10,679 nucleotides of DNA from a virus. Lineage: Duplodnaviria; Heunggongvirae; Uroviricota; Caudoviricetes. Under the pieces are notes generated by a model. That model saw only the letters and a program-made list of their open reading frames with translations, ran no database searches and had not been told where the DNA came from. Positions within the stretch are counted from its first letter, which is position 1; every line of letters begins with the position of its first letter. The translations under genes and the position numbers were made by a program. Location: positions 1-10,679 of IMG/VR virus record IMGVR_UViG_2711768034_000007, one strand, 5' to 3'. Below, one piece after another: positions 1-7,079 of this stretch.

Positions 1-201
1 TTACCCATTGGCGCGGCTTAAGAGCTTATTTTTGAATTCACAATGGTCACGATATAACCATCTTGCTCGCCCGTGGATAACTTTGGCTTTAGGCAGGTCT
101 CCGGACTTAATCCGGTCATAGATGAAGGTTTTACCGAAGCCAGTATCGGCCATGATGAATTTCAAATCAACCAGGGAATCAGGCTGTAGTTCGTGTTGCA
201 T
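1..201 (-). CDS. Putative excisionase (small HTH DNA-binding protein, Xis/AlpA-like, possibly DUF1233 type); last gene of the leftward operon in the window
   Basis: Complete 66-aa ORF (ATG at 201, stop at 1..3). Small basic protein with W/Y-rich C-terminus typical of small prophage excisionases as I recall them. Lies where xis sits in lambdoid phages, distal to the recombination genes; GGAG about 9 nt upstream of ATG. Not lambda Xis. Confidence 0.5.
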   Translation of the reverse strand: MQHELQPDSLVDLKFIMADTGFGKTFIYDRIKSGDLPKAKVIHGRARWLYRDHCEFKNKLLSRANG

Positions 202-243
202 GAGTGCTATCTCCGAATAGGGAATCGAACCTGCAAATCAGGT

Positions 244-267
244 AATAAAAAACCGCCATCAGGCGGC
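244..267 (-). terminator. Rho-independent terminator (minus strand) after the 55-aa ORF
   Basis: On the minus-strand RNA: GCCGCC-UGAU-GGCGGU stem-loop (5 to 6 bp, GC-rich) followed by UUUUUUAUUACC. The stop codon of the 55-aa ORF lies inside the hairpin. Confidence 0.5.
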
Positions 268-426
268 TTGGTGTTCTTTCAGTTCTTCAATTCGAATATT
301 GGTTACGTCTGCATGTGCTATCTGCGCCCACAGCATCCAGTGGTCATAGCAGTCGTTGATGTTCTCGGCTTCGATAACTCTGTTGAATGGTTCTCCATTC
401 CATTCACCTGTGACTCGGAAGTGCAT
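259..426 (-). CDS. Hypothetical small protein (55 aa)
   Basis: Hand translation of the minus strand: MHFRVTGEWNGEPFNRVIEAENINDCYDHWMLWAQIAHADVTNIRIEELKEHQAA. GGAG 7 nt upstream of ATG; ends in the terminator hairpin. Below the 60-aa track cut-off; preferred over the overlapping track ORFs 193..441(+) and 318..518(-). Confidence 0.4.
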   Translation of the reverse strand: MHFRVTGEWNGEPFNRVIEAENINDCYDHWMLWAQIAHADVTNIRIEELKEHQAA

Positions 427-533
427 TTATCATCTCCATAAAACAAAACTCGCCGTAGCGAGCTCAGATAAAAGAAATCCCCGCGAGTTCGAGGATTGTT
501 ATTCACCTTTGACGGCAAGTTGCAGGTTAGCCA

Positions 534-794
534 TTACCGCACCTCCAGTCTCCATACCGCCTGACCAATCCGGCTGGCATGGGTATCTTTGGATACTGCT
601 CCGTCTTTAGCCAGCTCCATAAGAATTTTGCGCAAATCTGCCGAACACCATTCTTCATCAGGAAATTCCTTCTCCATTGCCAACCGCAGATTCCAGGTTG
701 CTATCGTGAATGGATATTCCCCGCCGAGAGCTTTCTCTTGCAGGGCAGAACGGGAACGCATCACCTGCAAAACCTTCTCTTTTACATCCATCAT
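534..794 (-). CDS. Hypothetical protein (86 aa)
   Basis: Track ORF; start overlaps the stop of the upstream DUF551-like gene by 4 nt (ATGA coupling). Confidence 0.5.
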   Translation of the reverse strand: MMDVKEKVLQVMRSRSALQEKALGGEYPFTIATWNLRLAMEKEFPDEEWCSADLRKILMELAKDGAVSKDTHASRIGQAVWRLEVR

Positions 795-1429
795 TTTGCC
801 TCCTGCGGCGGTTCCGGTAGTGGCATCCAGTGGGTTACGTCATCCAAGATATTGCCTGATAAATATGTGAAAGCTCTGTATTTTTTGTAATCAATTGGAC
901 TCACTACCCAGTTCCAATATGCTGCCACTATTTGACCTTGACTAAATGCCAGTAACATTTTGGTGTCTTCCGGCATTCGCTCACTACAGCTTATCCAACC
1001 ATCCGGAGTTACCGGAGAGTTGCCGGGTTCTTTAATGTGCAAACAAGGATCACCATCTTTTGGTTCAGTCCACTGGCGCTCCATGTTGATCTTCAATTTA
1101 TTTTCCATAGCAGCGGTAATTTCAGCATCACTGATACCAGCACGGCGCTGTGCATCCCACAACAGGAACTGCATATCAGCCCACTCGCTGAGATCGTCTG
1201 GTTCGGCTGCGGCTTCCAGAGCCTCTTTTGAGAGGTGTTTCAGTGGACCAATGGGGCCAACGCAGCCAAATGTGGAGTCAGACCATTTGGCATGCTCGTG
1301 GCGAATCAGTTCGCGTTCCAGTGATGCCAGTGCAATTCGTGCCAGTTCCATTTGTTCGCCACGAGTAAGTCCGTTATCAAGCGGATTTTTAATGAATAAT
1401 TTGATACGTTCTTTGGTTATAGCGTTCAT
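791..1429 (-). CDS. Phage protein with DUF551-like C-terminal domain (212 aa)
   Basis: C-terminal segment (...WISCSERMPE...VTHWMPLPEPP) resembles the DUF551 signature common in lambdoid early regions. AAGGAGAG SD a few nt upstream of ATG; starts 1 nt after the stop of the Ead/Ea22-like gene. Confidence 0.55.
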   Translation of the reverse strand: MNAITKERIKLFIKNPLDNGLTRGEQMELARIALASLERELIRHEHAKWSDSTFGCVGPIGPLKHLSKEALEAAAEPDDLSEWADMQFLLWDAQRRAGISDAEITAAMENKLKINMERQWTEPKDGDPCLHIKEPGNSPVTPDGWISCSERMPEDTKMLLAFSQGQIVAAYWNWVVSPIDYKKYRAFTYLSGNILDDVTHWMPLPEPPQEAK

Positions 1430-1430
1430 C

Positions 1431-1838
1431 TCACTCTCCTTTGATGCGAATGCCAGCGGTGCGGATTGCAGCGATGACTTCAGAAACTTTGTATGCCATT
1501 ACCGTTTGGTAATCATCGTGAAAATCTGTTCGATGAAGCATGCTGCTACGTTCCGGGAGCAGTATTTCCCGCGCTTCCAGTTCTGCAATGCGCTTTTTTG
1601 CTGCTTCCAGTTCATCCAGTAATTCCAGCACGGTAGCCGGATTAGCCTTGGCAACAAAATCCCGGACTGGCTTACAATCAATCTCCGCAATGGGTTGATA
1701 CAATGTGTAGCCATGCTGTCTTGTATAACTACCGTGACGAATAACGAAAAAATCACCATTTATTTTTTTAGCCTGCCACTTATCTTCACCGGCTTTCTCT
1801 GCCGCTTCACGCAGTGCCTGATAGTCAATCTTGTTCAC
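1431..1838 (-). CDS. Ead/Ea22-like protein (135 aa)
   Basis: N-terminus MNKIDYQALREAAEKA... and ...ANPATVLELLDELEAAKKRIAELEA match the Ead/Ea22-like family of lambdoid prophages as I recall it. 4-nt start/stop overlap with upstream gene. Confidence 0.6.
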   Translation of the reverse strand: MNKIDYQALREAAEKAGEDKWQAKKINGDFFVIRHGSYTRQHGYTLYQPIAEIDCKPVRDFVAKANPATVLELLDELEAAKKRIAELEAREILLPERSSMLHRTDFHDDYQTVMAYKVSEVIAAIRTAGIRIKGE

Positions 1839-2059
1839 TCTTCATCCTCCAAGTCGGCAACGGCGTCCATCACATCAGAACCGCGAATAACCTCAAAAGC
1901 ACGGCAGGCCATTTGAAATACCAGTTGCTCTTGCGGGTGAGGAGACTCCCAATATTTGAAGCCTGGGCGATGCGTGTACCCCATCATTGAATAAAAATCA
2001 CCAGCAAGCTTAATCGCGGCATCGACAAGCTCTCTGTTAGTCATTCTTTTTCCGCTCAC
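1835..2059 (-). CDS. Hypothetical protein (74 aa)
   Basis: Track ORF, ATGA-coupled to both neighbours, part of a tightly packed same-strand gene chain. Confidence 0.45.
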   Translation of the reverse strand: MSGKRMTNRELVDAAIKLAGDFYSMMGYTHRPGFKYWESPHPQEQLVFQMACRAFEVIRGSDVMDAVADLEDEE

Positions 2060-2637
2060 TGGTTGCCTCCTTTGCGAAGCTGGGCAGCAAAGTCAACTAA
2101 CCACTCAGTCATTTCAACCTTCCCTACCAGGTCTGAACCAGGGTGCATACAGCAATCACTCTGCGCCGCTTTGAAATCCTTACACTCATATTCTTTGGCC
2201 ACCAGATTTTTTGCAGCTTCTATAGCAGCATCCACCCCCTGCGCCCGCACTTCAGCCAGAAAAGCATCGGTGGCTGGGGTTTCGACATCAAGCACAAACT
2301 GAAACTCATGCAGCGTTTGCCCGTCGATGAAGTCACTGGAATCAGAGCTGATAGTGGCGTTGAATTTCTCGTAGGCCTTGCACGCTTCACTCAGCAATTC
2401 TCGCCCCGTAGACTTCATCCCCGCATTCTCCGCCGCCAGCGCCGCGCACTTGGCCTCAAGGTTATCAATCGTGACTCCAGCAGAACGACACTCACGCAAC
2501 GCCGTTTCCAGTTTTGACTCAAGCTCACCGAACTTACGGACAAGATATTCAGCGTTTGTTTCGTTAACCTTTAAATCTCGTGGGATGCATTTACCTTTCA
2601 GAAATCCATCCATCTCAATTAGTGACATTTGTTTCAT
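2056..2637 (-). CDS. Hypothetical protein (about 193 aa; track ORF extends to 2655, I prefer the ATG at 2637 that overlaps the upstream stop as ATGA)
   Basis: Long ORF with predicted helical/coiled-coil character; start choice based on translational-coupling geometry. Function unknown. Confidence 0.5.
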   Translation of the reverse strand: MKQMSLIEMDGFLKGKCIPRDLKVNETNAEYLVRKFGELESKLETALRECRSAGVTIDNLEAKCAALAAENAGMKSTGRELLSEACKAYEKFNATISSDSSDFIDGQTLHEFQFVLDVETPATDAFLAEVRAQGVDAAIEAAKNLVAKEYECKDFKAAQSDCCMHPGSDLVGKVEMTEWLVDFAAQLRKGGNQ

Positions 2638-2798
2638 TTCTTCCCACTCCGCCACATCGCATTCAGATATTTGTTTTGATTCACTGAAGGAAAAGAATTT
2701 CTCTTAAGCAATTCCTCTCTCGATGGCATTGGCTTTACGCGTTGGCGAATAATCATTTCTGCCGGAAGAATGCCGGGATTGTATGCAAGTCCTCTCAT
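2634..2798 (-). CDS. Hypothetical small basic protein (54 aa)
   Basis: ATG at 2798 preceded by GAGGAA about 8 nt upstream, immediately after the TGA of the 97-aa gene. This resolves the apparent overlap of track ORFs 2634..2948 and 2809..3102. Confidence 0.4.
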   Translation of the reverse strand: MRGLAYNPGILPAEMIIRQRVKPMPSREELLKRNSFPSVNQNKYLNAMWRSGKK

Positions 2799-2808
2799 GG
2801 TAAATTCC

Positions 2809-3102
2809 TCAGTCATTACTGATAGCGCCATAGCGTGAGCGGTAATTACGCAGGCGCGGGTCAATTTCAGGGAAGTGGGTATATGTGGCTTTGCGGAATG
2901 GTCGGATTGATGTCTGGTAAATTCGCTCGCGTTCTTCTTTCTCTGCAAGCCATATACAATGGCGAAATTCCTTTTCCTCTTTCGTTTCCTGCGGTAGCGA
3001 CATTATCCGGTCGTAGTTTTTCCTGAATTTATCCAGCACCTCCGATACGGAATTGCCGGAACAGCGGCGCGCGTCATCCGCACCATACAGAGGCGCTGGC
3101 AT
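2809..3102 (-). CDS. Hypothetical protein (97 aa)
   Basis: Track ORF; GGAG 6 nt upstream of ATG at 3102; follows the exonuclease gene. Confidence 0.5.
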   Translation of the reverse strand: MPAPLYGADDARRCSGNSVSEVLDKFRKNYDRIMSLPQETKEEKEFRHCIWLAEKEERERIYQTSIRPFRKATYTHFPEIDPRLRNYRSRYGAISND

Positions 3103-3118
3103 GGTTTTCTCCTGTTGA

Positions 3119-3667
3119 TTATTTAGCTAACTTTTTCCAGATCGCTGAAACGTATTTGGCTTGGTGAATGGCATCATCAAGCGCGTTGTGGCGAGTTCCT
3201 TTGAATGGCATATCTCGCTTAGGGTCGAATCCTATTACCTTCCCAAGTTCGACGATTGTTCTTACGTCGCGGTCATTCCACCACTGCCACGGAACTGGCT
3301 GCCCTGTCAGCGAATAACTGTTTCGGAGAATAACGCAGTCAAATGATGCTCCATTCCCCCAAACCTGAACGAATTTGTGGTTAGCGTTCTTTATGATGAA
3401 TTCAGATAACCATGAAAGAGCCGTTGAAAGCTCCTGAGTGTTGCTGGTTAGCGATTTTCTGGCTTCTTCACTCTGTTCCAGCCACCATAAAATCGTTGAA
3501 GCGTCAGGACGCGCCCGATATCGCATTGATGACTCAAGCGAGATATTTACCGAGAACTCTTCTCCTGTTTCTCCGGTATTCGGGTCAAAGAATACCGCCC
3601 CAATAGAAATAACTGGCGCATATGGCCCGTTGCCCATTGTTTCAAGGTCAACCATTAAGTGATTCAT
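3119..3667 (-). CDS. DEDDh-family 3'-5' exonuclease (DnaQ-like / Rv2179c-like fold), 182 aa
   Basis: Exo motifs visible in the translation: VDLET (Exo I, D-x-E), GASFD (Exo II), HNALDD (Exo III, H-x4-D). AAGGA SD upstream of ATG at 3667. Confidence 0.7.
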   Translation of the reverse strand: MNHLMVDLETMGNGPYAPVISIGAVFFDPNTGETGEEFSVNISLESSMRYRARPDASTILWWLEQSEEARKSLTSNTQELSTALSWLSEFIIKNANHKFVQVWGNGASFDCVILRNSYSLTGQPVPWQWWNDRDVRTIVELGKVIGFDPKRDMPFKGTRHNALDDAIHQAKYVSAIWKKLAK

Positions 3668-3675
3668 GTAAGTCC

Positions 3676-4182
3676 TTAAATTGCGTGAATAGCGTGACGA
3701 GGGAAGGGGAGAGTTACTGGTGCAAAGGGTATATCGTCGTCAAAATCCATCGGAGGTTCGTTGTGTTGTGCTGGTGATGATTGCTGCTGTGGCTTCTGTG
3801 ATTGCCTGCTGGCTGCTTGTTGTTTGCTGTCGCCAATTCCGCCAAGCATTTGCATCACGCCATTAATTCCGACATGAACCTCGGTTGTGTAACGGTCTTG
3901 CCCTGACTGGTCTTTCCACTTTCTGGTTCTCAGCATTCCCTCGAAATAAATCTGATCACCTTTTTTCACATACTGCCCCACGACCTCAGCCAGTTTCCCG
4001 GATACAGCAACACGATGCCATTCAGTCAATTCCTTTTGCTCGCCAGTATTTTTATCTCGCCATTGTTCTGACGTGGCTATTGTCAGGTTAGCGAACGCTG
4101 TACCTGATGGTGAGTATCGAACTTCCGGGTCTTGTCCTACCCGACCAAGGATAATCACCTTATTTACGCCTCTGCTTGCCAT
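3676..4182 (-). CDS. ssb: Single-stranded DNA-binding protein (SSB), with 15 extra residues after the canonical C-terminal DDDIPF
   Basis: N-terminus [10 protein letters not shown]..., OB-fold core (...TEWHRV...[11 protein letters not shown]...MQMLGG) and the [10 protein letters not shown] tail closely match E. coli SSB as I recall it. The ORF continues past DDDIPF as [15 protein letters not shown] before the stop at 3676..3678. Confidence 0.9.
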   Translation of the reverse strand: MASRGVNKVIILGRVGQDPEVRYSPSGTAFANLTIATSEQWRDKNTGEQKELTEWHRVAVSGKLAEVVGQYVKKGDQIYFEGMLRTRKWKDQSGQDRYTTEVHVGINGVMQMLGGIGDSKQQAASRQSQKPQQQSSPAQHNEPPMDFDDDIPFAPVTLPFPRHAIHAI

Positions 4183-4890
4183 TTATGCCGCCTGTTTTAG
4201 TTCGTTAACTCTGATGTTCATTACCTGAACGCATTTAGCCTGCGCCTCCTCATTGCCAGCCATTAATTGCCAGTCACGCTGATAACGCTCGATGAGTTTT
4301 TTCTTGTCAGTTTCTGTTGACACATAATCGCTGAAGTCTTTCAGGATTTGTTCACAGTCAACCGATGGAGATTTCTGGTTGGTATTTTCTGGTGATGGTT
4401 TGTTATCTGATGCTGGTATTGCCCATCCCGGCAGCGATGGAGGGAGCCAGTAAAATCCTGTTCCATCCTTGAGTTTTGCCCTGTGCCATCCCTGCTTTTT
4501 ATCGAGAGATGTTTGTGCGAAACCTTCCTCAAGGTTATACAGATACCGACCGATTCCCCACTGAACGGCAGCGCGCTTCATTGCACCGGAACGACCACCT
4601 TTGACGGCTTCTACCTGCGTGTTTTCAGCAGCATCCCATTTGGTTACCCATTCGGAATCAATCTTTATTGATATGCCGCATTCAACGCCGCCGTTGTTGG
4701 GAATATCGCGGTATTCATTGCGCCATCCTGCTTTGCCGCAAACATCGTCCAGGCGTTTCATGATTGCCCGGTTCGTGACATAAGCCAGCACCATAGCCCA
4801 CACTTTGCCATCGCGTGTTTTACCGCTTTGCTGTATTCGCCATTCGATATCTTCAGGGCTGAATGGCTCATCGAATTTGTTCAAATCCAT
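4183..4890 (-). CDS. Rad52/Rad22-family single-strand annealing protein (Sak-like recombinase), 235 aa
   Basis: Segments ...RLDDVCGKAGWRNEY... and ...KGGRSGAMKRAAVQWGIGRYLY fit the conserved Rad52 N-terminal annealing-domain pattern. Directly upstream of ssb; GAGGTG SD before ATG. Confidence 0.6.
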   Translation of the reverse strand: MDLNKFDEPFSPEDIEWRIQQSGKTRDGKVWAMVLAYVTNRAIMKRLDDVCGKAGWRNEYRDIPNNGGVECGISIKIDSEWVTKWDAAENTQVEAVKGGRSGAMKRAAVQWGIGRYLYNLEEGFAQTSLDKKQGWHRAKLKDGTGFYWLPPSLPGWAIPASDNKPSPENTNQKSPSVDCEQILKDFSDYVSTETDKKKLIERYQRDWQLMAGNEEAQAKCVQVMNIRVNELKQAA

Positions 4891-4989
4891 AATTCACCTC
4901 AGAATGGACATGGCCCAAGAAAATAACGCTGATTTAATACTTCGACTCGGGACAAATTAAGGCATACCCGCATTCCTTCGCGGTCGCCA

Positions 4990-5148
4990 TTATGGCGATA
5001 CCAGAGAGCTTTCTGCGTGTACATGCGTCTCTGTAACTTGCTCTCCTTCACTGTGGTTGCAAGTGACATGAATATCTCCTTCGTTACCGATTAATTCTTT
5101 CATCTGACGAATGAATTCTTCGTCTGACCAGTTATCTGTAAAACTCAT
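4990..5148 (-). CDS. Hypothetical small acidic protein (52 aa)
   Basis: Hand translation MSFTDNWSDEEFIRQMKELIGNEGDIHVTCNHSEGEQVTETHVHAESSLVSP; ATG overlaps the kil-like stop (ATGA). Confidence 0.35.
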   Translation of the reverse strand: MSFTDNWSDEEFIRQMKELIGNEGDIHVTCNHSEGEQVTETHVHAESSLVSP

Positions 5149-5297
5149 TTCCTGCGATACCATGGAAGGTTGATAGCTGATTTCATCTCTTTATTTGCTT
5201 CAAGCCACATTTTTGAATCACCAATAAATCGGGCTATTACTGCTTTGTTTTGTGCCGCACGAAGCATCTGGTGATTAATGGCTATTTCATTGCGCAT
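5145..5297 (-). CDS. kil: Kil-like small protein (50 aa), candidate FtsZ/cell-division inhibitor
   Basis: Hand translation MRNEIAINHQMLRAAQNKAVIARFIGDSKMWLEANKEMKSAINLPWYRRK. Sits immediately after cIII as kil does in lambda, and has an I-A-x-F-I-G-D-x-K-M core resembling lambda Kil as I recall it. Start overlaps the cIII 3' end. Confidence 0.45.
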   Translation of the reverse strand: MRNEIAINHQMLRAAQNKAVIARFIGDSKMWLEANKEMKSAINLPWYRRK

Positions 5298-5413
5298 AAT
5301 AAGACCTCAACTCTTTTCCATCCGTCACGTAATTTACGGGTGATTCGTTCAAGTAAAGATTCATTTAATTGGAAGGCACCCATGCGAGCGCCTCCCGCGA
5401 TTGCGTAAATCAT
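5282..5413 (-). CDS. cIII: CIII-like protein (43 aa), FtsH inhibitor that stabilises CII
   Basis: Hand translation MIYAIAGGARMGAFQLNESLLERITRKLRDGWKRVEVLLCAMK. The core ESLLERITRKLRDGWKR matches the lambda CIII amphipathic-helix region as I recall it. AAGGA SD 7 nt upstream of ATG. Confidence 0.75.
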   Translation of the reverse strand: MIYAIAGGARMGAFQLNESLLERITRKLRDGWKRVEVLLCAMK

Positions 5414-5437
5414 GGGCGGTTCCTTATGTTGGTTTTA

Positions 5438-6406
5438 TTAGTAGGTTATTTTTGTTGCGAATACTTCGCCTTTTGCGATGGCTATTATGATATTTTTAGC
5501 AACATCTTCTGATGCGCCAACCTTGATAAGGTCAGCAAGTATTTTGTTATTTACTTCTTTCCGGTGAGCTTTATCCTTTGCTCTACGCTCTTCTTCGTCC
5601 TTGATTCTTTTCCCTTCTGCTATTCTGGCTTGCTCTTTTGCTTCAGCCTCGCGCCGGATTCGTTCAGCCTCCTCCTGTGCTTTTCGGCGTTCTGCTTCAA
5701 TTGCCGCCTGCTTTTCTCTTTCAGCTCGTTCTGCCGCCTCTTTTGCTTCGCGCTGTGCTCGTTGCTCGGCTTCAATGCGTTCACGCTCTGCACGTTCCGC
5801 TGCGGCCTTAGCTTCTGCTTCTCGCCTTGCTGCTGCTTCAATTTCGGCTTTTGCCTTTGCTTCGGCTTCTGCTCTGGCTTTCTCTTCAGCTTCTCTTTTT
5901 AAGCGTTCTTCATGCTCTCGCTTTTCCTGCTCCGCTTTGAGTCTTGCCTCTTCTCTTTGGCGGTCAAATTCGCGATCCATCAAAATCGCTATTTCATGGT
6001 CAGACTCAATTTGCTTTGCGAGAGCTTCAGCTGCTGCCTTAGCTTCTTCTTCGGCTTTAATCCGTGCCTGTTCCTCCTCATAATCAGTAAGAGGCTGGCG
6101 CGCCTTGGCTTTCAGCTCATCAAGGCGATCACGCACTGTCTTGCGGTTAGCATCAATTAGCTTTGGAATTTCCTTCAGTTCAGCAACAAGGTCTTTGCCA
6201 AGACCATCGAGATATGTTTTCGTCTGCGCAACTTTATACGCCAGAGAAGCGATCTCCTTTCTGCCCTTTGCCGTTGTAACATCAGGCACAAAGGACATAA
6301 CTTCACGTTCAACCTTTTGGAGAATTTCTTCAATCTGGTCGGCAGACTGAAATACAGTCATTGCATTTGCTTTTTCAATAACAACTAAATCTGTTACTTC
6401 ACTCAT
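5438..6406 (-). CDS. Charged coiled-coil protein with long E/A/K/R-rich low-complexity core (322 aa from ATG at 6406; track ORF extends to 6502)
   Basis: Start chosen at MSEVTDLVV... because GGAGG lies 5 nt upstream and the upstream in-frame extension runs through a terminator hairpin. Central about 150 aa is EAEAKAKAEIEAAARREAEAKAAAERAERER...-type repeat; N- and C-terminal parts look globular. Confidence 0.6.
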   Translation of the reverse strand: MSEVTDLVVIEKANAMTVFQSADQIEEILQKVEREVMSFVPDVTTAKGRKEIASLAYKVAQTKTYLDGLGKDLVAELKEIPKLIDANRKTVRDRLDELKAKARQPLTDYEEEQARIKAEEEAKAAAEALAKQIESDHEIAILMDREFDRQREEARLKAEQEKREHEERLKREAEEKARAEAEAKAKAEIEAAARREAEAKAAAERAERERIEAEQRAQREAKEAAERAEREKQAAIEAERRKAQEEAERIRREAEAKEQARIAEGKRIKDEEERRAKDKAHRKEVNNKILADLIKVGASEDVAKNIIIAIAKGEVFATKITY

Positions 6407-6418
6407 ATATCCTCCGTC

Positions 6419-6446
6419 AAAAAAAATCGCCCTCACATTGGAGGGC
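6419..6446 (-). terminator. Rho-independent terminator inside the pL operon (tL-type, presumably read through by N-modified RNA polymerase)
   Basis: Minus-strand RNA: GCCCUCCAAUGUGAGGGC hairpin (6-bp GC-rich stem) followed by GAUUUUUUUUGA, immediately upstream of the SD of the coiled-coil gene. Confidence 0.6.
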
Positions 6447-6550
6447 AAAGAAGATTTCCAATAATCAGAACAAGTCGGCTCCTGTTTAGTTACGAGCGAC
6501 ATTGCTCCGTGTATTCACTCGTTGGAATGAATACACAGTGCTTATTTGTA

Positions 6551-7021
6551 CTAATAAAATACCCAATTTTCTGTTTCTTGGTTGTGTCCAAAGTTATATT
6601 CAATATCTGGTGTTGATGTATCAATATTCTTCATCACATCAACAAGAGTTGATACAACAGCCAAATCTTGTTTGATTCTCATTAAATGGTATTTCTTCCG
6701 GCGTAATAAACTCTCAATGGCAAGTTTCTTCGTTGGGAATGCAAAAGATCTTTCTGCATTTTTTGCTACTTTCTTAATTGCATATCTATTTTTCCTTTGT
6801 TTCCATTCCTGTAACCACTGATTTGGTGCTGGTTTAAAATTAACAATCCAATGCGCAGGAACCAACCATGCATAATGCTCTGTCTGATGAAAAGATATAT
6901 ATTGAAGTGCGAATATTTTTATCCCATCTTCTTCAACTGTCGCCTGGAATCTCCAGAAAACAGGCATTCCATCATGTTCAGTTTCTGATTCAGGAAAAGG
7001 TACGCTCCATGATTTTGTCAT
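6551..7021 (-). CDS. Hypothetical protein (156 aa), AT-rich accessory gene directly downstream of N
   Basis: Track ORF; GAGGTG SD about 5 nt upstream of ATG at 7021. Visibly AT-rich relative to flanking genes. Occupies the slot that holds ral/sieB in lambda. No family recognised. Confidence 0.5.
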   Translation of the reverse strand: MTKSWSVPFPESETEHDGMPVFWRFQATVEEDGIKIFALQYISFHQTEHYAWLVPAHWIVNFKPAPNQWLQEWKQRKNRYAIKKVAKNAERSFAFPTKKLAIESLLRRKKYHLMRIKQDLAVVSTLVDVMKNIDTSTPDIEYNFGHNQETENWVFY

Positions 7022-7079
7022 ATCTCACCTCAAATAAGTGGTTTGCTGCCTAATTTCATTTTCTGGCGACCAACACAAG

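Noticed and set aside
193-518. Track ORFs 193..441(+) and 318..518(-)
   Set aside because: Neither has a convincing start context or protein-like composition. The minus-strand 55-aa ORF (259..426), with an SD and a terminator right after its stop, explains this interval better.
960-1622. Plus-strand 220-aa track ORF
   Set aside because: Antisense to the DUF551-like and Ead/Ea22-like genes, which have SDs, coupling geometry and family-like sequence; the plus-strand translation is Ser/Cys-rich and lacks start signals.
5564-6160. Plus-strand track ORFs (112, 160 and 82 aa) rich in S/A/C/F/L
   Set aside because: They are antisense reading frames through the repetitive E/A/K/R-coding DNA of the minus-strand coiled-coil gene; their low-complexity composition is the mirror image of that repeat and they have no start context.
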